From: a virus
DNA length: 64,000 nt
Direction: 5' to 3' (one strand)
IMG/VR virus record: IMGVR_UViG_3300027857_000016
Span: 15,999-79,998 of that record
The notes beneath the pieces are model-generated. The model was given only the letters and a program-made list of their open reading frames with translations, did no database searches and was not told the DNA's origin. The translations under genes and the position numbers were made by a program. Positions 57,249-64,000 of the stretch are shown piece after piece. The first letter of the stretch is position 1. Each line of letters starts with the position of its first letter.

Positions 57249-60053
57249 ATGACGGCTCTCACTGAATATCTTACAGTTACCGTTGCCACGACCGTTGCGA
57301 CAGCCAACACGCTGATCGAGAACGCCACCACGGGCGCAACACTGCTCAACAAGAATACCAATCTCACGTCTGGCACGACTGGATGGATTGAAATTCTCTC
57401 GCAAGGCGGAACCTTTGGTGCGGGCGTTGGGTCGGAACCTGCACCTTCTGCGAAAGGATGGATTGACGACGGGACAGGTCTCGTTGGAAATCACTTCTCA
57501 GCGGGTACGTGGAGCTTCTCGCTGGGATTCGAAACCACTACCACTGGAACATTCACCGCTGATGTTCACTTTAGAGCATACCAAAGATCGTCAGGTGGCA
57601 CCTATACCCTGATAGCAGAAGCCACCGCTTCTGGACAAACCATTATCTCCACCAGCTATACGGTCGTCAATGCCTCAGTCAGTGCCGCTGCATCTGCCAC
57701 GTTTGTGACCGGGGACAAACTCTACATTGACTGCCTCATGAATATTTCCACGAATGGGACGACTGGAAATATGCGCATGCAGGATGCCAATAGCGCTACC
57801 GTTGGCTCTACCAGTGCGCAGGCAGTCACACCAGGATATATCTCCAGTACTCAGGTCAACAAGGATATCGTCATTCGTGGACGTATCCAACAACTCATCA
57901 ATAAAGATGTTGTGCTTCGTGGACGTATCCAGCAACTGGTCAATAAAGACATCAAGTTGCGTGGCAATGTTGGATTGTCAGCCACCAAAGACATCAAGTT
58001 GCGTGGTGTGATTGCCGCGTCAGGGATCAAGGACATCAGGGTCCGTGGACGCATCCAACAACTGGTTAGCAAGGATATCACGCTCAGAGGACGTACGGCG
58101 AATACGGTGAGCAAGGATATCGCGCTCAGAGGGAAGATTACCGGTCCACCCCTGACTTCCGGTGGATTCACTCTTTTTGCTAACGGCACCGGAACCGCAC
58201 AATACGACCACTTCAGAGTAACTGAGTATCCAGATCCTGCCCTTAGCTTAGCACCGATTACGCCGCGAGTAGGGACAACGCTGGTCTCGTGGAACGCACT
58301 CACACCGACCAATACCACTCTTGGAATGGATATCAGTCTGGATGGGGTCAACTGGACGGATGTCACATCAGGGAACAATGGGAGTCTGCCGGGGATTTAC
58401 TCACAGGTTGATCCCGTAACCGATGGCTTTGATATGGACACCACGATCAACTACACCTCTACGTTCCGCACAGGCGGATCAGTTGCGATCATTACCTATG
58501 ATACCCTTCATAGTCGGCTCATCCTCACTGGCGGGACGAATGCCATCTATGCCTATTCTGCCATCAGTCGCGCCGATGTGGACTTCTTTGCAGACCTAGA
58601 CCAAAGCGATGCAGGCGGTTTGGTCTGGCGCTTCGTGGATCAGAATAATTACTATTGGCTAGACATTAACGATAGCCTCACCAGCATTGGAGCAAATACC
58701 ATCACGCTCTATAAGGTAGCATCCAACGTTCAAACACAACTCGGAACCGCTGCTATTTCCTATACCGTGGGAACATCCTCCAATAACTATACCGTCACTT
58801 TCACCAGAGGAACCTACCACCGTTTCCGGGTCTCCATGCTCATGGGTGTAATCACCGTCTATGTGGACGGGAATGCACTCATTACGTATACCGATGGCTC
58901 ACCACTAGGCGCTGGTCTGATGGGTCTCTACAACAACGGTGGGACGATAGGGAGCAGGTACTACCAGTTGTGGATGACGCCCCAAGGAGATTACGTCACA
59001 GGTACTCCCGTTTACGACATCGTTACAGGTGATTTCGTGTACACCAGGGCACGCCTGGCAACCACTGACCCAAGCGTCACTCCTCAAGTCCTGGATATGA
59101 CCACGATGGCAATGACACCAGCTATTGGAGCAGGGTCTAGTATTCCATCGGTGACCTATAACGCCACGCTTGTCAGTAAAAACTTCGATGACCTGGCAAA
59201 ACAGAGCAATTATAGTTGGTACATTGACCAAAATAAGACGTTCAACTTCCGCTCACGTGCTTCTATTGCGGCTCCCTGGATCTTGCAGTCATCTCCATAC
59301 GGGTTGGTCGCAAACGTAGACCTGGAAGTGTCTTCAAACCTTGAGTTGGATGTTGGCAATGACCTCTATCGCAATCGTCAGATCGTGCTCGGAGCAACGG
59401 ATACCGCTACCTTCGTCGAAACCAAGATCGGCGATGGGAACACGCGTTCCTGGACAATGGGGTATCCATTGGCAGCACAACCGACCATCACCCTCAACGG
59501 CGTTGTCATTGCTTCTACGCAAATAGCGCTCAAGGGTGGGACAGGTGCAACCTTTTACTATGCGCTGAACGACCCTGTGATTACGGAGGATGCGGGAAAG
59601 ACGGTTCTGCAAGCGACTGATCAGCTCGTCGTCACCTACACAGGTCTCTTCGATGTGACCATCACGGTGGATGATCTCACGGAACAGGCAGAGCAGCAGG
59701 CTATTGAGGGCGGAACAGGCATCGTGGAAAGCGTGGTGGATGTGACGGGGCAAGGGTACAACAAGAGTGCCGCCACGGCACTTGCCAACCAACTCTTGAG
59801 CCGATATGGCATCGCAGGACGCACGCTCATCTTCGACACGACACGGAATGGGTTAGCTGTGGGGCAACTGTTGAGTATATTCCTACCCGAGCAGGGCATC
59901 TTTGATGGGCAATTTTTCATCACACAAGTAGAAATTACCCTGATGAAGGGGGGAGCAGACAGTCAGATATGGTGGTACAAGGTCACGGCATCTGAACTAC
60001 CCAAACAGGCTTCATGGGCCAAACTTCTGGCATCAGGTTTAGGGCTACAGTAG
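57249..60053 (+). CDS. Tail protein: adhesin domain, 14-aa repeats, hub C-terminal part
   Basis: FDDLAKQSNYSWYIDQNKTFNF..YRNRQIV..GLAVGQLLSI..FFITQVEI. Confidence 0.8.
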   Translation: MTALTEYLTVTVATTVATANTLIENATTGATLLNKNTNLTSGTTGWIEILSQGGTFGAGVGSEPAPSAKGWIDDGTGLVGNHFSAGTWSFSLGFETTTTGTFTADVHFRAYQRSSGGTYTLIAEATASGQTIISTSYTVVNASVSAAASATFVTGDKLYIDCLMNISTNGTTGNMRMQDANSATVGSTSAQAVTPGYISSTQVNKDIVIRGRIQQLINKDVVLRGRIQQLVNKDIKLRGNVGLSATKDIKLRGVIAASGIKDIRVRGRIQQLVSKDITLRGRTANTVSKDIALRGKITGPPLTSGGFTLFANGTGTAQYDHFRVTEYPDPALSLAPITPRVGTTLVSWNALTPTNTTLGMDISLDGVNWTDVTSGNNGSLPGIYSQVDPVTDGFDMDTTINYTSTFRTGGSVAIITYDTLHSRLILTGGTNAIYAYSAISRADVDFFADLDQSDAGGLVWRFVDQNNYYWLDINDSLTSIGANTITLYKVASNVQTQLGTAAISYTVGTSSNNYTVTFTRGTYHRFRVSMLMGVITVYVDGNALITYTDGSPLGAGLMGLYNNGGTIGSRYYQLWMTPQGDYVTGTPVYDIVTGDFVYTRARLATTDPSVTPQVLDMTTMAMTPAIGAGSSIPSVTYNATLVSKNFDDLAKQSNYSWYIDQNKTFNFRSRASIAAPWILQSSPYGLVANVDLEVSSNLELDVGNDLYRNRQIVLGATDTATFVETKIGDGNTRSWTMGYPLAAQPTITLNGVVIASTQIALKGGTGATFYYALNDPVITEDAGKTVLQATDQLVVTYTGLFDVTITVDDLTEQAEQQAIEGGTGIVESVVDVTGQGYNKSAATALANQLLSRYGIAGRTLIFDTTRNGLAVGQLLSIFLPEQGIFDGQFFITQVEITLMKGGADSQIWWYKVTASELPKQASWAKLLASGLGLQ
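57846..58139 (+). repeat. Seven tandem 42-bp (14-aa) repeats
   Basis: xxxxxKD[IV]x[LIV]RGxx x7. Confidence 0.9.
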
Positions 60054-60110
60054 TTTTGTAGGTGTGTCAAAGATAGGGGATGTGTGGTTAGCGGAACGGG
60101 AAACAAAGAC

Positions 60111-60473
60111 ATGCAGGCACCACAAGATCAGGTAGCACTGTTGCAATTTCGCGTCGATGCACTTGAACGAACCGTGTCGGGGTTTAATCAGCAACTCAAT
60201 TCCTACGTGCGAGAGCGGGAAAATGACCTGAAGCTCAAAATACTGCAAGATACCGCCAATCATATTGAAGATGAGGTAAACGGTCTCAAAAAAGATATCC
60301 GTTCGCAAGGCGATGAGGTGAAGATGCTCAAAGATGAGTTGCAAAAGCGCGATGCATCTCAACGCGAAAGCCAGGATAAACTCCAAATCCGCGTACTCGT
60401 CTGGGCGGTAGGTATCTTCATGAGTATCGTTTTGCTGCTCCTAGCAGCGTATTTCTCACATATTCTGCACTAA
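60111..60473 (+). CDS. Coiled-coil plus C-terminal TM protein (holin/XhlA-like)
   Basis: Coil followed by VLVWAVGIFMSIVLLLLAAYF; start may be 60084. Confidence 0.65.
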   Translation: MQAPQDQVALLQFRVDALERTVSGFNQQLNSYVRERENDLKLKILQDTANHIEDEVNGLKKDIRSQGDEVKMLKDELQKRDASQRESQDKLQIRVLVWAVGIFMSIVLLLLAAYFSHILH

Positions 60474-60484
60474 AGAGGTGTCTT

Positions 60485-61135
60485 ATGAGAGCACGCGTAC
60501 AGAAAACGACCGTGATGGTGGTTGTCCCGACCATCCTCTTCCTGTTACTCATGCTTATAGGTTTCGATCTCTATCCCGTGGTATCGGGAAATGATGAATT
60601 GGTTATTGAACAGCAAGCCTGGCTTCAGGTGGTACGGAATGAATATCTTGCCAAGGATATCCTTATTCTTGCGTATAGACCTGCCACCTATCACTCTCAG
60701 GCGGTGAGCGATCTCCAGGTCATTCTCCCTGGCCTCCAGCAAACACAGACTGGACTCCTGAAAGGTGACGCTTCTCTCGGACTTCCAAACAATCCATCGG
60801 ATGAGGTCAGACAGATACTCCAACGAGCACAATCTGACTACGTTCCTCTTGTGGCAGCACTCAAGGTCATTCTCGCCCATTCTGATGGACCGGTTGACCC
60901 AATACAACTTAACATTGTCATGATGCATGAGTATCCCTATTCCGTCACGATGGCTCAACTTGCTATCCTCATTCAGCAACAGGCGGAGGCAACCAATCTT
61001 CACCTCCTCATCATTAAGATAAGCATCAAGACGCTGCTTCTTGTAGTGATTAGTGCGCACTATCTGTTCTCAGGGAGAAAGGCGTTCAATAGACTGGTGG
61101 AGATAGAAGAGGAGGCGCAGAAGAAGCAAGCGTAG
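60485..61135 (+). CDS. 2-TM protein with extracytoplasmic helical bundle
   Basis: TM-helical domain-TM, sensor-domain-like. Confidence 0.7.
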   Translation: MRARVQKTTVMVVVPTILFLLLMLIGFDLYPVVSGNDELVIEQQAWLQVVRNEYLAKDILILAYRPATYHSQAVSDLQVILPGLQQTQTGLLKGDASLGLPNNPSDEVRQILQRAQSDYVPLVAALKVILAHSDGPVDPIQLNIVMMHEYPYSVTMAQLAILIQQQAEATNLHLLIIKISIKTLLLVVISAHYLFSGRKAFNRLVEIEEEAQKKQA

Positions 61136-61241
61136 GGTGAGGGTGTGAGTTAGTTGGCACATCCTCTGAAATTCGTTCGCAGTGTGAACAGATGCTACAA
61201 TAGAGAGTGAGGATGTTGTTGGAAGATGAGAGGATGACCAT

Positions 61242-61538
61242 ATGGCGGCTGACGCTCAAAAATTAACTCAGATCACCCTTATCTGTGATGACAAAGGCTA
61301 TGGGGGCTACCAACCTGGAGAAGTGGGGAGAGTCAAAGATGGGGTCTGGATGGTATGTTGCCCTCTTTGCAATAATTTGGGGGAACTGAGAACTCACCAC
61401 GTCACAGAACATGACGACCAGACCATCACTATCTCTCCATCGCTAGTATGTCACGGGTCAATCTACGAATCCCCTGGTGTCTACCGCTCTTGTACTGCCC
61501 ACTACTTTGTTGAGCGCAATCAGATCAGGTGGTGTTAG
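61242..61538 (+). CDS. DUF6527-like small Cys/His protein
   Basis: CCPLC..TITISPSLVC..CTAHYFVERNQIRW. Confidence 0.65.
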   Translation: MAADAQKLTQITLICDDKGYGGYQPGEVGRVKDGVWMVCCPLCNNLGELRTHHVTEHDDQTITISPSLVCHGSIYESPGVYRSCTAHYFVERNQIRWC

Positions 61539-61575
61539 TATGTCTGACTCTGCTTATGTAACTGCCTACATCCAA

Positions 61576-62454
61576 TCAGAACAACCTACCCCCTTCCGGC
61601 CATTCATGTGGCAACTTATCATGCTTACTCAGATTACATGTAGGACAAGACAGGACAACATAATCAACATCGTTGCGCGGACCCTCCTCAATGCGACTCA
61701 AAGGGATGGTATGCTCCAAGTGGAAAATGTATTGTCCATTCTTCTTCTCAAACTTAGCATGATCACAAGCACTATAGTAGCATCTGTACTTCTGTGCTTT
61801 CAACTTTTGTTGGATTTGTTGTTCAGTAAGAATACCAGGAATAGCTTTCTTTCGTGCTCCACGATTGTGATTATAGGTTTTGTATTTATCTGGATTGTTT
61901 TTACAATATGCACGCAGCCGTTGCTTATTCTCTTCAGCATGAGAGTTTCGATAGGCTTTCTGCCTAATCGCATCGTCCTCACGAAACATCTCATGATAAG
62001 TCTTACGTTCGATACTAGCACACAGCTTACATCTCGTTTGCACTCCATAACGATGAGTTTTGCTCACATGAAAGTATTCACGCGTAGCAGGCAAAATCCT
62101 TTTACATTTAATACATCTTTTATGTCCCATTTCAATAATTTCAACTTCTCTTCTGCGTGGCGTGGCAACACATTTTTTACACCAAGGAAACAAACCATCG
62201 GAACGGTTTCTGTCAGAATGAAAGAATTCAGATGTGGAAGGGTGCCAATTCTTACACTTGGTACACCGTTTTTCCCCCAATCGATATTCTCGAACTATGC
62301 TGTAACTCTTATTGCCTTTGCATATCTTACAACTGGAATGAAAGCCATCCTTCTTTCTGCTGTCTTTGTGAAAGTAGATGTTTGTTGCGGGGAAAAGTTC
62401 TTTACATTTGGAACATTGCTTGAAAGAGGATGTATCGGGTATAGTGTCGCTCAT
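61576..62454 (-). CDS. HNH endonuclease with three N-terminal Zn-finger repeats
   Basis: 3x KxCxKCK..P.T...FH.....G....CK.C; HLEHTIPLSR..SCPTCNLSKH. Confidence 0.9.
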   Translation of the reverse strand: MSDTIPDTSSFKQCSKCKELFPATNIYFHKDSRKKDGFHSSCKICKGNKSYSIVREYRLGEKRCTKCKNWHPSTSEFFHSDRNRSDGLFPWCKKCVATPRRREVEIIEMGHKRCIKCKRILPATREYFHVSKTHRYGVQTRCKLCASIERKTYHEMFREDDAIRQKAYRNSHAEENKQRLRAYCKNNPDKYKTYNHNRGARKKAIPGILTEQQIQQKLKAQKYRCYYSACDHAKFEKKNGQYIFHLEHTIPLSRIEEGPRNDVDYVVLSCPTCNLSKHDKLPHEWPEGGRLF

Positions 62455-62545
62455 GGAAGATCTCCCAGGTCTTTCATCACGCCAGAGGGTATGTCCAGTA
62501 CCGCTCTGGCAACAATATTTCTCAATACATCAATTATATCACAAA
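62416..62545 (+). ncRNA. Endonuclease leader cassette D
   Basis: Antisense TTGCTT-18-TATAGT (62416-62445); RBS hairpin 62453-62477; bulged hairpin 62481-62510; sense extended -10 TGATATAAT (minus, 62541-62533). Confidence 0.65.
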
Positions 62546-62612
62546 ACAACCTGTAAAGCTAGTTTGTGAATGTTTTGCGGCGTTAAAGATGTTATGTAAG
62601 GAGGAATGACGG

Positions 62613-63569
62613 TTGAAATTTGATAATGATGGGTGGCTGGATGCTGCTCAAGGCTATAACATCAGCGGCAACTCATGGGACAGGGGAGATGTGCCAATTA
62701 CGCACCTGGTGATTCATGGTACAGCGGGTGGCTCAGATGGGCGAAGTACGCTCATCTATATGAGCAATAATGGCGTTTCAACTCACTTTGTCATCAGCGT
62801 AGACGGCACGATCTGGCAAGGTGTGCCATGTCATAGCCGTGCAGCATGGGGAAATGCGCCACTCAAGGCACCAAGCCTCGATTTCGCACGTGCTGATCTC
62901 AACCCAAATCTTTGGACAGTCAGTGTAGAATTTTGTAAGCCTGATAACACCAATCAGATCGATATCACTGAGGCACAGAAGGCGTCAGGGTTCCCTCTCA
63001 TCAAAGCAATCTGCGAACAATATAACATTGCCATGAGACCAGGGGATGGCAATTCTGGCATTATAAGCCACGCAGATATCAATTCTATAGATCGAGCACG
63101 CTGTCCCGGCACGTACCCCTGGCCTGACTTATTCAGTTTTCTAGGAAGTGGAGGGGATGAGATGTTACCTATCACCATTGATCAAGTCAGTAACTACTTT
63201 GAACAGGCTGGAGATCAGATCTGGAAGTGCAAACAGACCGGTTTCATCATCGGTCATGGTATCCTCGCCTTCTACTGCGCGTTTCGTGTCACTCCACAGG
63301 ATCTGGGAGGACTAACACATCTGGGACTGCCGAAGAGCGGCGAACAGGGCGTACCAGGCAAGCCAGGAGTCGTGGAGCAGGTGTTTGAGCGTGGCATCCT
63401 CGCCTATGACACCGCCCATATCGCAGATAACCCACCGGGTTCTGGTTCAGTGTACCTCGCACATATCAACACCCCTCTTCCAACGCCTGTGCCTGCTCCC
63501 ACTATTGACGTGAACAAGATCAAAGCGGCCACCCAAGAGATACTGGCAGCCATCGGAGGTCAATCATGA
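62613..63569 (+). CDS. Endolysin, N-acetylmuramoyl-L-alanine amidase
   Basis: LVIHGTAG, VSTHFVISVDGTIWQ, SVEF, IISHADI..RARCPG; C-terminal LGLPKSGE..QVFERG domain. Confidence 0.9.
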   Translation: MKFDNDGWLDAAQGYNISGNSWDRGDVPITHLVIHGTAGGSDGRSTLIYMSNNGVSTHFVISVDGTIWQGVPCHSRAAWGNAPLKAPSLDFARADLNPNLWTVSVEFCKPDNTNQIDITEAQKASGFPLIKAICEQYNIAMRPGDGNSGIISHADINSIDRARCPGTYPWPDLFSFLGSGGDEMLPITIDQVSNYFEQAGDQIWKCKQTGFIIGHGILAFYCAFRVTPQDLGGLTHLGLPKSGEQGVPGKPGVVEQVFERGILAYDTAHIADNPPGSGSVYLAHINTPLPTPVPAPTIDVNKIKAATQEILAAIGGQS

Positions 63570-63958
63570 ACCCCGCAACCACCTTTGAGTCGTCTCTTCC
63601 CTTCATTGCCTTTTTCGTCAGCTACGCCATACAGCAAGAGCACTGGGGAGAATGGGCCAACCTTGGTGTGGCAGGATCAACCATTCTGCTCTCGGCACTC
63701 ATCACATCCCTGCTTCATGGGCAGATTACGAGCAATGTCCTCGGTGACATAATGGTGGTGGCAACAGCGACAACGGTTCTGCAAGCTGGCTCACTCAAAC
63801 CATTGCAAGATTACCTCAGAGTGAACTTTCCAACTCTGCCCTCATTCCCAACGCAACCAGCATCGTCAGTGCCTCCACAACCGCCTACAACAAACGTAGC
63901 AACGCCATCATCGCCAAAGTCAGATAATACAGCAGGAGGAAGCACACCCACGCCATAG
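63566..63958 (+). CDS. Holin-like membrane protein
   Basis: 2-3 TM segments, coupled to endolysin stop, Pro-rich tail. Confidence 0.65.
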   Translation: MNPATTFESSLPFIAFFVSYAIQQEHWGEWANLGVAGSTILLSALITSLLHGQITSNVLGDIMVVATATTVLQAGSLKPLQDYLRVNFPTLPSFPTQPASSVPPQPPTTNVATPSSPKSDNTAGGSTPTP

Positions 63959-64000
63959 GCTTCACATTGCGAATGATGTTATACTGTAATCAGCATATTC

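Larger units (their letters stand above)
9..63958 (+). mobile_element. Temperate siphovirus-like phage/prophage (partial; ends not in window)
   Basis: Canonical order TerS-TerL-portal-gpF-protease-MCP-connector-tail tube-chaperone-tape measure-baseplate-lysis, with a divergent regulator pair upstream. Confidence 0.95.

Noticed and set aside
57846-58139. CRISPR array or DGR-like repeats
   Set aside because: In-frame degenerate coding repeats without spacers; no cas gene or reverse transcriptase in the window
61477-62556. 359-aa + strand ORF fully overlapping the HNH gene
   Set aside because: Antisense shadow of a Lys/Arg/Cys-rich gene, and its end merely translates the leader cassette. A short real peptide from the ATG near 61540 is not excluded.

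Overview
This window is most of a temperate, long non-contractile-tailed (siphovirus-type) phage or prophage, read almost entirely on the + strand. The host is probably a Chloroflexota (Ktedonobacteria-like) bacterium, inferred from protein styles and not proven. Gene order: a GIY-YIG gene; a divergent switch (MerR-HTH/GNAT-like regulator versus a small HTH protein); an early operon ending in a cell-wall hydrolase, membrane proteins, a membrane-anchored HerA/FtsK-type ATPase and a CACTCTC repeat cluster; TerS and TerL; about 5.4 kb of accessory genes; a 1077-aa portal; a gpF-like protein; prohead protease; major capsid; an expanded set of decoration/fibre paralogs; tail genes with a -1 frameshift chaperone; tape measure; a baseplate-hub gene that appears split in two; and a lysis cassette. 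No integrase, replication genes, tRNA, rRNA or CRISPR were seen. Six free-standing endonuclease genes are present. Main findings: (1) Four endonuclease genes from three nuclease superfamilies (two HNH, one GIY-YIG, one DUF559-like) share a leader cassette of about 130-145 bp. It has a covarying bulged hairpin, an RBS-covering hairpin whose mismatches become G-U pairs only on the antisense strand, and a sigma70-like promoter hidden in the first codons pointing backwards. This suggests a portable cis-antisense RNA silencer for homing endonucleases. (2) The phage carries a module resembling Streptomyces TraB/clt/Spd conjugation and mycelial spread. (3) An HNH element appears to have replaced the 3' half of its host gene. 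(4) A tail-hub gene appears split mid-domain. (5) Two small proteins copy a portal clip segment. All family names come from motif recognition; no database searches were run.
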